DNA from: Eledone cirrhosa
Taxonomy: Eukaryota
Length of the DNA: 64,000 bases
Reading direction: 5' to 3'
Assembly: GCA_964016885.1 (NCBI GenBank)
Contig: OZ024741.1
Span: 279,496,001 to 279,560,000 of the forward strand
Shown: piece after piece, positions 1 through 11,830 of the stretch
Position numbering within the stretch: position 1 is the stretch's first letter
Layout of the letters: each line of letters opens with the position of its first letter
Position numbers and translations under genes: made by a program
The notes under the pieces: generated by a model
The model's input: only the letters and a program-made list of their open reading frames with translations
What the model was told of the DNA's origin: nothing
Database searches by the model: none

Positions 1-30
1 CTGCCAATTCACCAGAACAATAATAATAAT

Positions 31-243
31 GATGGTTTCTTATATAGGCACAAGGCCAGTAATTTGGAGGAGGGGAAAGTCGATTAAATCGACCCCAGTA
101 CATTACTGGTGCTTTATTTTATAGATCCCGTAAGGATGAAAGGCAAAGCTAAGCTCGGCGGGATTTGAACTCAGACCATAAAGGGCCATAACTATGCTGC
201 AAAGCATGGCGTCCGACCCTCTATTGATACTACCAATACACCA
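31..243 (-). mobile_element. tRNA-derived SINE, family A (ATT tail)
   Basis: Minus strand reads GGTGTATTGGTAGTATC (A-box-like), GAGTTCAAATCC (B-box), core TTTGCCTTTCATCCTTACGGGATCTATAAAA, tail GGCCTTGTGCCTATATAAGAAACC(ATC/ATT)n. Flanked by (AAT)n on both sides, with many copies in the window. Confidence 0.85.
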
Positions 244-265
244 TAATAATAATAATAATAATAAT

Positions 266-1702
266 ACAGGAGAGTACGTGCAGTTCTGAGATCAGAACTA
301 ACCGCTTGTAACAAAGTGCTAGCCATAAATTCCTTGGCAGTCCCAGTTGTCACTTATAGCTTCGGTGTGTTGAACTGGAATATGAGTGAAATCAAAAGAA
401 TCGACACCAAAGTCTGTAAGCTACTGACCTGTAATAGAAGCACCACCCAAAAGCAGATGTGGATCGTCTTTACCTTCCTAGAACTCAAAGAGGCCGTGGC
501 CTGATCCAATTTGAACTTGCTTACAAGACCACCATCATTGGACTGGCCAAATACCTTGAAACAACTAACGACTGTATGCTGAAACTTGTTGAAAAGTGTG
601 AGAGAAGTAAGAAACTTCATTCTATCTTGAAGGAGAGCAAAAAATATGCTACTGATCTCGTGCTTGATACCCAGGCTGGACAGACTAAAGAAACTGTTGC
701 AACTGATGCTGCTAGGCACATAAAATCACTGGCAAAAGCAAAACAGCAAGGACAATTAGCATCAAATTGGGAGCAGAAACCTCTGCATGGCAAATATGTG
801 GCCCATAGCAAACAAGCTAATGTTGACCAAAAGCACACCCATCAGTGGCTACGTAGTTCAGGGCTAACAGCGGAGAGTGAAGGCTTCATCTTAGCTGCCC
901 AAGATCAAAGCTTCTTGATTCATAATTACCAGGCCAATGTGATGAGAAACGGAATAAACCCAAAGTGCCGATTCTGCAATGCTGAGGTTGAAACAGGCGA
1001 TCACTTAGTCTCTGGATGTAAAGTTTTAGCACCAGTAGAATACAAATATAGACATGACAGAGTTGGCCAATATCTACACTGGGTAATATGTCGGCATTAC
1101 AAAATCAAAGCTGAAGACAAGTGGTACACTCATCACCCTGAGGCTGTAACTGAAGGAAAAGTAACAATTCTCTGGGACTTTCCTGTACATACTGACAGGA
1201 CCATAAAAGCAAATAGACCTGACATCATTGTAAAATATCAACATAAGATCTGTTTAGTGATAGATATGAGCATCCCATGTGATCACAATATCGCGGCAAA
1301 AGGATTTGACAAGCTACGGAAATATAAAGATCTGCTAATTGAAATTGAGAAAATGTGGCACCTCAAGGCCGTTACAATACCAGTGATTGTGGGAGGACTG
1401 GGAATGATCAAGAAAGAAACAGAACAATATTTGCAAATGATTCCTGGTTTACCCTCTCTGCACGAGGTGCAAAATATTGTTTTGACTGGTACTGCACACG
1501 TATTGAGAAGAGCACTATCTCTGTAAGATTGATATCCCTCCTTGTATTTACATATGCACATGTGTATATATGTATACTGTTTTTTTGTTTTTTTTATAAT
1601 CAATGTGCTGTATTAACTGGCTTACCAATGTAAATTTATTTGCCCTAGGTGTCAGAAAGACACTCGGCATATATCGCAAACAATAATGAAAGAAAGTAAA
1701 AA
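266..1702 (+). mobile_element. 5'-truncated R4/Dong-clade non-LTR retrotransposon (RLE type), frameshifted
   Basis: ORF pieces 316-504 (AINSLAVPVVTYSFGVLNW) and 459-1526 carry a CCHC knuckle (CRFC...ETGDHLVSGC), RHD and PD-(D/E)xK endonuclease motifs (NRPDIIV, IDMSIP, KLRKYKDL). Bounded by (AAT)n at 243-266 and about 1704-1724; (TAA)n is the known Dong target. Confidence 0.85.
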
Positions 1703-1722
1703 CAATAATAATAATAATAATA

Positions 1723-1878
1723 ATTGTTTCTACTTTTGGCACAAAGCCAGCAATTACCCAGTACATTATTTTATCGACCCCGTAAGGATGAAAGGCAAAG
1801 TGAACCTCGGCGGGATTTGAACTCAGACCGTAAAGGGACGTATGGCATCCGACTCTCTTCCGATACTGCCAATCCACC
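1723..1878 (-). mobile_element. SINE family A copy
   Basis: Same head, core and tail as 31-243; (AAT)n on both sides. Confidence 0.85.
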
Positions 1879-1940
1879 GGTTAATAATAATAATAATAAA
1901 ATCAAAAATAAAAGACATAACAAATGTTCAAATCACTCAC

Positions 1941-2090
1941 TCGTTCTGTGTAGACATTAATATTCTTTAAACATTGCTCCCGCAATATACTGCGTAAACT
2001 ATCCAGATTTTTGGTTAGTGCTCGGGCCAAAGGTCGCATACTTGCACTTTCAACCTCCCGATTCATTATAGTCGATCCTGCTGCTAAACA
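1941..2090 (-). CDS. ZFYVE28: Internal coding exon of lateral signaling target protein 2 homolog (zinc finger FYVE-domain protein 28)
   Basis: 150 bp, TTTATTACAG acceptor and GTGAGT donor. Encodes CLAAGSTIMNREVESASMRPLARALTKNLDSLRSILREQCLKNINVYTER, which matches the LST2 segment that follows WFGAE and is in phase with the exon at 14239-14517. Confidence 0.93.
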
Positions 2091-2532
2091 CTGTAATAAA
2101 CAAAAGACAATATGAATTTTCAGAATATTTTTAATTTCTAATCTTAATTTTACCCACCACCTCACCACAAACACACCAGAACACTACCAAATATTTAAAG
2201 AATTTATAAAAGAACATAATAAAAAAACATTTTTTTGTAAAAGTTGCTGCCAAAACTGTGCATCTCAATGTGGCAAATTTTCAAATACTTGTCACCAGAG
2301 GGGGTGGTGGATGAAACCAATGTATTGTTTTATACATATATATATATAACCAACAAAAAGTTATGGTTCTACATGATGTAATCTGAGTTTACTTGCCAAC
2401 ACAAGAGCAAGAATGAGGGCCTCATTCTACTGACATGGCTTAGAAGAGGCTGTTTGCATAATTGTAAATGAATCGAAAATTATTATTAATATTCGAAAAA
2501 CTCAGATATAGTGTGTGTCTGTGCGTGTGCGT

Positions 2533-2563
<31 letters not shown>

Positions 2564-2686
2564 CATGTGTGTGCGTGCGCGTTCGTGCATATCAAAGATG
2601 AACTATTTAAGCATTAGGCCAAAACCATTCAGGGTGAGGGATTCATCCATGTGTAGCACACAAGTTGAGTTTGTACAGTATATATA

Positions 2687-2825
2687 ATTGTTTCTACTTC
2701 AGGCACAAGGCCAGCAATTACTCAGTACATTACTGGTACTTTATTTTATCGACCCCGTAAGGATGAAAGGCAAAGTTAACCTCGGCGGGATTTGAACTCA
2801 AACCGTAAAGGGACGTAACTATGCT
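2687..2825 (-). mobile_element. SINE family A copy, head truncated
   Basis: Tail, core and B-box present. Breaks off at ...GTAACTATGCT, where an RTE fragment begins. Confidence 0.8.
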
Positions 2826-3048
2826 AGATAATGGTTTTGATTTAGAAATGCCAGTTGAAGGAAGACGTGGTAGATGTAGACCACGAAAAACATGGGCGGA
2901 GGTGGTGAGAACAGACCTCAGATCATTGAAGCTCACGGTGGAGATGACGAAGGACCGTGACGAGTGGAGAGATGCTGTGCTGAATAAGACCTGTCCCACC
3001 CTTGCAAACAGGGAAAAGCGGACGTAAAATGATGATGATGATGATGAT
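2826..3048 (+). mobile_element. RTE-clade LINE 3' fragment
   Basis: Encodes VEGRRGRCRPRKTWAEVVRTDLRSLKLTVEMTKDRDEWRDAV, typical of an RTE ORF C-terminus. Short 3' end finishing in (ATG)n. Confidence 0.8.
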
Positions 3049-4189
3049 GTACAAAGCCAACAATGGGGGGGGGGGGGGTGATTAAATCAACCTCGGAGCA
3101 TTACTGGCACTCTCAGAACATAAGAGCTAGGACAAATTCTGCAGGGAATCTCCTGCTTGAATGCTCTAACAAAGTTTTGATATCAATCTGCCAAAAACTG
3201 GATGTTGGTTCTATGATACAAACCTACTTCTTAAAGGGTTCTTGTATAAAATTATTTTGGAAGATTTAAAATCTAAATAAGTTACTATCTAAAGCTAAGT
3301 TACTTATCTTAGTAATGAAATAATTTTAGTAAATCCTTCAAAATTCTTTGTGAATTAATTGAAATAATTTTAGTAAATCCTTCAAAATTCTTCATGAATT
3401 AATTGAAATAAAGAGTATTTTATTAAGTAATATGGTAATGAAAGGGTTAACCTCAGCAGTATTTGTACTCAGAGTGCATAGAACCAGAACAAATACTGCA
3501 AGGCATTTATCCAATGCTTTCATGACTGCCAATTTGCCATGTCATCAGGAAATCTGATTTTGACAACAATCATTGGATAGAAGAATTAATTCTTATATTG
3601 TGTGGTAGAACAAGGTATAACATTTATAAGGGTGGAGTGGTGGAGGATACAGCAAAACGACTAAATCACAGTATATACTTGGCAATTATTTTATAGATAC
3701 TGGAGAGGGGAGGGGGAATGAGCAGTAAACTTGAATCTCAACTTGATTTTTTTCAACTCAACATGGTCAGAAAAAAAAGGAAATAACTAAAGTGTGTAAA
3801 GCATTTAGTGGAATACTTGACCAATTCTGCCAACACAAGTGACCTAATTACTAAGTATTTCTTTATTGGCCACAGTTGTGATTTCTAACACTCTGGCACA
3901 AAGCCAGATAGTTTGTGAGATTAAATCAACCATCATAACAGTTTCTCATGTTTTGTTGTTTAAAATTGTAATTCTTACAACTAATCCTAACCTTAACCCT
4001 AACACATATTTGCAATGTAAAATTGTTGTTGGTTTGTTGAGACGAGCAGTAGAATAAACTACGATAGTATGAAACAACCAACTTACTTTTAAGAGGTTTA
4101 ACTGTAGACAGCTTGGAGGATATTAGTTGGTGTATCGGGCACAACTGAAACCTAAGAGCCATATCTTTCACAACGTAACGTTGTAATAA

Positions 4190-4390
4190 TGGTTTCTGAT
4201 TTAAACACAATGCTAACAATTTGAAGGGAAGGGGAAAGTTGATTAAATCGACCCCAGTGCATTACTTATTTTATCAACCCCAAGAAAGACAAAGCTAACC
4301 GACTGGATTTTAACTCAGAACGTAAAGGGCTATAATTATATGCTGCAAAGCATGTTGTCCGATCCTCTACTAATACTGGTAATCCATCGT
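4190..4390 (-). mobile_element. SINE family A copy, degraded
   Basis: GATTAAATCGACCCCAGTGCATTAC...AACTCAGAACGTAAAGGGC...GCAAAGCATG...GGTAATCC matches family A. Confidence 0.7.
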
Positions 4391-4482
4391 CCAGGCCACC
4401 TAAATCAACTATAACAACAATAAAAACAACATTATGTCTATTTAAAAGAGAATAGTAATCAACAATAAGCTGAACAATAACA

Positions 4483-4803
4483 TGTACGTATGTATGGACT
4501 TGTAACTCTTGATAGAGTCATAAGGAGGTGTCGTTATATCAACATAGGGTATGTCATGGGCATTTTAAACCTGGTGAAGCCTATCACTCTCCAGGTCTGA
4601 ACACAGTCAATTTCTTCCAGAAAAGGGGAGAGGGAGGAAGTGAGTGAGGAAAAAATCAACCCCAGTAATGGATTGGTACATTTTTTTTATTCACCTAGAA
4701 AATATGAAAGGCAAAATTGCCTTTGACAGAATTTGAACAGAGCAGAGAGCCAAAACAAATACTGTAAAGCAGCCTTAGTGATTTGACATCAACTCGCACC
4801 ACC
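4483..4803 (-). mobile_element. tRNA-derived SINE, family B (same head/core as A, different 3' tail ending in (ATAC)n)
   Basis: Shares TGAAAGGCAAA...ATTTGAAC with family A but continues into the TTTAAACCTGGTGAAGCC...TCTGAACACAG tail. Other copies at about 18025-18290(+), 32885-33120(+), 34450-34722(-), 39453-39781(-), 42965-43510(-), 46697-47023(-), 62253-62600(+), 63850-64000(-). Confidence 0.75.
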
Positions 4804-5819
4804 TTTGCCCTGGTCTTCTTTAGTCTTCCTCTATTGTGGCTTCCCTGTATTTGGATTTCTCGACACTTCTTCACCTAGCAATCATCATCCATGTGCATCA
4901 CATGTCCATACCATCACAGTCTCCTCTCTTGCATAAATATTTCTCTAACACCATCAAACAGACACATGAATAACTATGCTTTATTGAGAAGGTTTAATAA
5001 GAGCAAAACATGTCTGGAGTTGTCACCATGTCTGCTAAGAATCTGGCTATCCTTCACCCTCTCCACATTATTTCCAATTAATCGGGATTCTGATGTGTCG
5101 CCTCCTTTTTTTAAAAATTAATTTCCTTTTAGATTTGAATTGTTTCCCCTGCCTTTGGTTTAGGTCACAGGTTCTGAACCCATTTAGGCCAAACGCTCCC
5201 TTTTGTCCCTCAAAATCACGAAACGCCCCCTACCCTATTTTTCCATTTTTCAATATACTACTGATTTTGATATCTGTAGATTACTAAAAAATTGATTATC
5301 AATATTCCAAAGATACCATTACAGGCAGCTGAGAAAGGAAATATATAAATTTCAAAAAAAGGAACATAAATGTTCTTTTTTATGAATACAGACCAGTTAA
5401 ATTTGTTATATTCCCACCAGTCGATACCAACTATTTTGAACATTTATACAAGAACAACTCTGTCTATCCAAAGAGTGCTCTTATCTGGAAGAAAGTGGCA
5501 ATTATATCATTTCAAAGCTTTCCAATTTTCCCTTTAATGAAACAGACAGAATAAATGTTGATATCTAACTTGATGTCCCCTCTGCTTTGTGAGCTTAGAG
5601 ACCACGGAAGAGGGTTTTCATGGCCACGCGGGAGGGTATATTTATTAGTAAATGGTAAAATATATACAACAAATGAGAAAGTGAATTGAAGTAGATGGTT
5701 TCCAGTTCAGTCAGACTGAAACTACAAATAAAAAAAATTGTTAGTTTGCTTTGTGACAATAGCATATCTAAGTTTTCGGATAAATCAACTTACTTTAACT
5801 TTGATCTCATTTCAATGGT

Positions 5820-6880
5820 ACCCTTGAACTTTATGGAGTCCAGCTAACTCTTTGACGTCAGGCTGGATTTTCCTAAGATGTAGCCGGAGATCTCCACATG
5901 TAATTACATTGTAGCGGTTGCGAGCCTTACTGTGCAGTCTGGAAACAGCACCAAACCTCCTCTTGACTAAGTATGAGCTTGGAAAAGGCAGAGTAAATAT
6001 CTTAGTCTCTGCATGTAGGTGTGGAAATCAACGCTGAATTTCCTCTTGCATCCAAAAAAGGGGTTCACCTATTTTTGGAAATCTAATTTTGATCATGTCA
6101 TCTGCTTGAAGTTCAATGAATTCTTCCTGAAATATAACGTCCAAATCATCGACGTTAACTGTGATAGGGATCTGCTACCCACATTGGGATGTCCATCGAC
6201 AAAAGGTCGACAAACCGTTCTCTCGTGTTGTCTTGTAGCGCACGGAGGCGAGCGGTATAAATTTGGAGTTGGTCATCGCTTACAATGTTTTGAACATTGG
6301 CGACACTAGGAAAATTATAGAATTCCCGTCAACAAAGATTCCTTTCGATGACATTCAATTTGGCCAGGAATGTTTTCACAGCATTCCTTGCTTTAAGCAA
6401 GGTGATCTTCTTCCCCTGCAAAGCCAAAATGACGCTATTGCATTTGTCGACGATGTCGGTGAGGTAGGCGCAGTTTTGCCTCACATCGAGGGTTTTCTTG
6501 TACAGTTCTGTGTTGCGTCCTCGCAGAAACTCAATGATAGAGTCAAACAGTTCAAAGAAGTGAGTAAGGTACTTGCCCTTTGAAAGCCACCTCACTTCAG
6601 TATGAAGGAGAAACTTGACGAATTCTTCGTCATTATCTTGGCACAGTTGCCGGAAAATTCGTTCATTGAGGGAATGGCGTTTGATAAAATTGATGACATC
6701 AAGGGCCACCTGTAAGGACTTGCTCAGTGGCTTGCTGAGTTTCTTCACAGCCAAGTGTTGTCGATGAATGACACAATGAACAACAAATACAGATAGATTT
6801 TCTCTCTTCAGAAGAGTGACGAAATCCTTATGTTGGCCGACCATTGCTCTAGCGTCGTCCGTAGCACATGATACAATGTG
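5820..6880 (-). pseudogene. hAT (Buster/Charlie-like) transposase remnant, C-terminal half
   Basis: CATDDARAMVG (CTDGA-like catalytic motif), HCVIHRQHL (CxxH), LLHTEVRWLS, and a dimerization-domain-like PFPSSYLV...RNR...DLRL near 5870-5990. Interrupted by stops and frameshifts; N-terminus missing. Confidence 0.88.
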
Positions 6881-7125
6881 TGTTGTATTTGATCCTAGAT
6901 GTATGTATTACCTGCCTGTGTGTTGTAGGTAGTCCTAGATGTATGTATTACCTGCTTATGTATTGCATGTGGTCCTAGATGTATGTATTACCTGCTTATG
7001 TATTGCATGTAGTCCTAGATGTGTGTATTACCTGCTTATGTGTTGTATGTGGTCCTAGATGTGTATATTACCTGCTTATGTGTTGTATGTGGTCCTAGAT
7101 GTGTGTGCTGCCCGCTTCTGTGTTT
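6881..7125. repeat. 40-bp minisatellite, about 6 copies, inside the hAT element
   Basis: Unit GTATGTATTACCTGCTTATGTRTTGYATGTRGTCCTAGAT recurs at 6901, 6941, 6981, 7021, 7061, 7101. Confidence 0.95.
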
Positions 7126-7813
7126 TTTTTTTATTTTTTTTTATTTGTAATATTATTTATAGAATAGGAAATAAAAATAGATCTACATAGTGTTAACTCG
7201 TTACAGTTGAGTCAATAATCTCAGACAGGAAATACATTGTTATCGGTGAAATAAGACAAGATTCTAACTGGCTGCAATTGAAGTGTCCTTAACCCAGTTG
7301 ACTGTGGGTTTTTCCATTGTTAGGATCTCAATTGCCGGTTAATGTCTAAACACGCCTGCACACCTGCTCACAGCTGCAGTCAGACCATAGTTATGCTGTC
7401 TGCATGCTCATTCAAATGCATTCACACTGGCTGTCTCAAAGACATACAAATATGGCTTATAAAACTTACCAAAGTAAAGAGCCTTCCAGTGCACTCCAAA
7501 GCTCCAAACGCCTCCTTAATGCCCCCCTGGATTTCCGAAACGCCCCCTGGGGGTGCATATGCCCCCCGTTGAGAACCTTTGGTTTAGGTAAACATTGTTT
7601 AACAACGTTTACCTCTCTTAGATACAAGTATAAACAGGTTAATTAAAGTTACTGTGTTTACTATACTGAGTATGTTAGTACTTAACTTTACTGCTTAACA
7701 TATACTTTGATTGTGCATGCACATTACTGTGACCCACTTTAGTTTTGATATTTTAATTAAGGGATTGTTGCAGTTTGCTTGAAGCATTGTAGAAAATAGT
7801 GAGGCAGGGAGGA

Positions 7814-8252
7814 TAGAAAAGGCTACAACAATGCAAATAGGACATTAAATATTTAAAATTAATGAAGGCAAAGTTGTTGGAATGTTACCTTGAGGTGTTT
7901 AATTAATATTAAGGACTAATTAAACACCTTCAAGGTAACATTCAATCAACTTTGTTGTCAGGATTTTTAACATCTAATGTTCCAAGCTGGAGTATTTTGG
8001 ACACATATTGAGATACCAAGGATTAGAGACTGGCAAGAGATGTAATACATGGGCATGTTCCAGGCAGCAAGGGATGAGAGCAGTCAAGAAGGTCCTGGAT
8101 GAGCAACATCTGCGCATTCTACCGATATGAGTCACTGGGAGGCAATCAGAATGGCAGAAGTGAGAACTACTTCGACGAAATTGCAGAAGGCATCCATAGA
8201 CTCTTGGAATCTATAATGATGAATGTCCTATTTGCATTGCTGTAGCCTTCTA
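7814..8252. mobile_element. Fold-back (palindromic) MITE-like element interrupted by an RTE fragment
   Basis: Arm 7814-7905 is complementary to 7917-7980 plus 8222-8252. Insert 7981-8221 encodes a degenerate FGHILR...HGHVPG...RRSWMSNI and ends ATGATG. AATGT is repeated at both junctions. Confidence 0.75.
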
Positions 8253-8829
8253 AACAAAAACACAGTATTTTCTATTCTAATTGTTGTTTAGCCCCAGGTC
8301 AACTTGATCAAACAGACCTATGATGAAAGGTGTTCCAGTGGTGATCAATCTGATTTTCAAGACAATATCCAGGAATCCATTATCCACTGCATCTGTTGTA
8401 TTTTAAGACAGTAATTAGGGTGTGATTTGTGGGAGATTTATTATAGAGGGACTGTGGGATAATGGTTTTTGGTATTTGATTTTATTGATGTCAAAAACAA
8501 GGTGTGGAATGGAGGGTAAAATTGTACAATGATACAATCAAAAACTTAAGATACTGGGGTTGATTTCATTAACTACCCCCTCCATTTACAAAAAATTAAG
8601 ATATGTATAATTGTTAGTTCATTGGTGTGTTGGACAAAATAGTTTGGGGGTATTTCTGTTTGGTCTTTACATTCTGAATTAGAATCTTATTGAAGACAAC
8701 ATTGCCTTTCATCCTTCCAAGGTCAATCAAATAAAGTACCAATCAAGTACTGGGGTAAATACAATTGATTCTCCCCTACATCCCAAGTTAAACACCATTA
8801 TTAAAAATCTATTGGTTTAAAAATATTCC

Positions 8830-9782
8830 TTCTCTAACAGCATAGCAACTGATCCAATGTTGACACAGCAACCACTCCATTATAATCATGTATGGCCGAT
8901 TGGACCAGCAAAGGCCTTTTTGTCCCCCAGTATACAAATGTCCAACATAACTGGGACATCAACTGCAGGTCTACCTTCAGGCGGATTGAGTCTGGCTTAG
9001 ACCAACACTGCTTCTCCTGCCTCCATTCCTCCAAACAGCAACGTATAGCTCAGTTTGGTGCCCTCCTCATCAACAGGTACCCTGCTTGATGCCAAGTGCA
9101 CTCACATTGGAGTGACCCAACACCTCAACCTCTGCGTGTGTGAGCGATATAAATGCCTTTGTGGAGCCGTTATCGATGAGTTCGGCCTGCATCCATTATC
9201 ATACCACCAGAGCGCAGGCTGGTTTCCCTCTCAATGACATAATGAGAAGGAGCCTCAAACATGCTGACAGCAAGTGCCCCAACAGATGTAAATCTCTCAT
9301 CCGGGATGCAACATGCTGTGACACTGTCTCTGCCTCCAGCTTAGTCACCTCAGCCACAAACACTGGTACCATGGCTCAAAATGCAGAGAACAGGAAGACA
9401 AGCAAATACTGGAGCTTGTTCAGCTGCTTCCTCTTTGCACCAGTCACCCTCAAGATCTCAGGTGCCCTTGGACCTCTGACAGCTGGCCTCCTCGGTAAAA
9501 TCAAATCAATAGCCGCCCATCTGAGGAATGAGCCCTGTGAGGTGGGGTGGCTGTTGCAGTGGGAGTCACTGGCTATTGTCTGTGGAAATGGCTTTGCCAT
9601 TTTGTCCGTGGAGCACAGCCAAAACACTGCTCTGACCTAGGTATAGAGCATGTCACCCTATCCCCTTCCCCATTCTTTTGTCTAGTAGTCCTTGCTCTTC
9701 CCCTCCTTTTCCTCTCATGACATTTATAGTCCTTTTCTTTTTCTGTATGTTTAACCAATTTATAGTTATACCAACAATAAAT
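8830..9782 (+). mobile_element. Degraded CRE-like (RLE) non-LTR retrotransposon 3' part
   Basis: Frameshifted peptides CLCGAVIDEFGLHPLS, LNDIMRRSL, DATCCDT, AENRKTSKY, FAPVTLKISGALGP and LLQWESLAIVCGN resemble the CRE-clade C-terminus (zinc knuckle, RLE, QRLSxAIxRGN). Confidence 0.7.
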
Positions 9783-9799
9783 TCAAATTTCATCATGTA

Positions 9800-10188
9800 T
9801 TAACTTTTAACATCTTGTAACAATTTAGCAGAAGATATAAAAAAACAGGTTCGTCAATTCAAATGTTTATAGTATTTTTACTAAAGAACAAATCATTATG
9901 AAAATTTGCAGTATTAAATTAAAGAGTTTAAATTTTAATGTAATGCAGTCAGTGTTGATTTTTACTTTTCAAGAATGTTTTGCTGATGTGATTTAATGCA
10001 GTAAAGGGCATTAAGAATTAAAAAGCAATGAACAGCAACTTTTATGAGAATTTCAGTTATCGTAATATAGAAAAATGAATATGTATGTTCGAAATTTTCA
10101 TGTCATGCAGTCATAGTGTTTTTTTGTTTGTTTTTTTTTCAAGAATGTCCTGCTTTTGTGGTTTTGTGTGGTAAGGACATTAAGAGTT
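9800..10188. mobile_element. TTAA-flanked MITE (piggyBac-like), family P2, with internal duplication
   Basis: Ends TAACTTTTAACATCTTGTA and GGACATTAAGAGTT. Homologous to 25257-25438 and, in reverse, to 26806-27011. Confidence 0.6.
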
Positions 10189-10874
10189 CATATAGTGACC
10201 AATGCTGAAGATTTTAACACTTTTGTTCTTTTGATGTTATGCTTAATTCAACCATCTCGACTTTAATTTAGCCAGCCAGCTCCTCTGCTTATGTTTAAAG
10301 AAAACCTGCTTTGTCTGGCCAACTTATCTCATTTAAGCTTTATATTTAACAGCTGTTCATTTACACTAATTCATGCATACACAGACACACTAACACATAC
10401 ACACAGCTGACACAACTACTACTACTACTAATAATAATAATAATAATAATCTCCATGTGCCCCCCAACAACGAACTCTTTCTCTCAGTTCATTATGTTTT
10501 TAAATAGATGCAAAAGGATTAATATTACCCCCCCCCCCCCCCCCCCGACAGCTATGTCAGTCAGCCAGCCACCTCCACACACCATTCACATCTACCTATC
10601 TGTAAATAAACAAACCAAAACCCAAAACAACAACATAATGTTTTGTAAATCAGCAGCTTGTCTTCACAGTTCAAAATGATCTTCAGGGTGTCATCAGAAA
10701 TATTTACAACACTACCTACTATTACACAACACACACATACAGACTAATATGACAACACACTTCTCTGGTTTTCTTTCCTTGTTAGAGATACTTATATAAA
10801 CTCAGATCTAATTTACAGGTATATTAATAAACAAAGGAGGTCTGGAACATCTTAGGTCATAACTACATTTTTAC

Positions 10875-11101
10875 ACACACATTTATAGGTGAACAATAAT
10901 TATAGGTAAACATACTTATAGGTAAACAATAACTAAACACATACACACTTTAGGTAAAACAATAATCATACACACACACATACTTATAGGTGAACAATAA
11001 CTACACACATACACAGGTAAAACAATAATTACACATACACACACTTAGAAGTGACGAATTACACACACACACACTTATAGATATACAATAATTACACACA
11101 C
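10875..11101. repeat. Degenerate tandem repeat (ACACACTTATAGGTRAACAATAA-like)
   Basis: About 7 imperfect copies interleaved with (CA)n. Confidence 0.75.
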
Positions 11102-11698
11102 AGTACCAAGGAAGCAGAATATCTCAATCATGTTGACACAGAAGTATGAGCAATGACATTTTAACTTACTCTTTAACTCTTAAGCATCCAATAAGTATTT
11201 AGTAGAAAATATTCTAAACATAGATTTGTTAATTCAAATGTTTATGGTAATCATTACTAGTAGGCAGATCATAATTTGCACTAAACTAAAATAAAGACTT
11301 ATCTCTTATGTGAAGTGCTGTTTTGTACTTTTCAAGAACTTACAAATCATCATCATCACCATTTAGCGTCCATGTTCCCATGCTTGCATGGTGGGGGGGG
11401 GGGGGGGGGGGGGGTCGTCCACGTCGGGAGAGACAAGTCTGGCCAGAATTGGCCATGCTGTACCTTGCAAGTAAAGCCTTTGTATCAATTCCAAGACAGG
11501 TTGGTTGATCAGGAGCAAAATATTTGCTAAATATGCTTTAAAAAGACGTTTAACGCTAATTGGAGATCAATAACCAAACTGACAAATTAGTAGGTCAGAA
11601 TCAGATTAGATGAAGAACTTATTTTTTTCTCACCTACTTCATCTTCTCCACCTTCACATTTTCTTAAATTTTTTTCTTTTTTGTTCCTGTGTGTCTTA

Positions 11699-11830
<132 letters not shown>

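Larger units (their letters stand above)
5166..7581 (-). mobile_element. Non-autonomous (internally deleted) hAT transposon, Buster/Charlie group
   Basis: TIRs CACAGGTTCTGAAC (5166) and GTTGAGAACCTTTG (7568-7581). Perfect 8-bp TSD GTTTAGGT at 5158-5165 and 7582-7589 with central TA. Contains a transposase remnant. Confidence 0.92.

Noticed and set aside
459-1526. 355-aa ORF as a host gene
   Set aside because: It has retrotransposon zinc-knuckle and RLE motifs, an upstream frameshift, 5' truncation and microsatellite junctions.
6329-6844. Domesticated ZBED5/SCAND3-like gene
   Set aside because: It sits between intact TIRs and a TSD, is truncated, and has stops and frameshifts.
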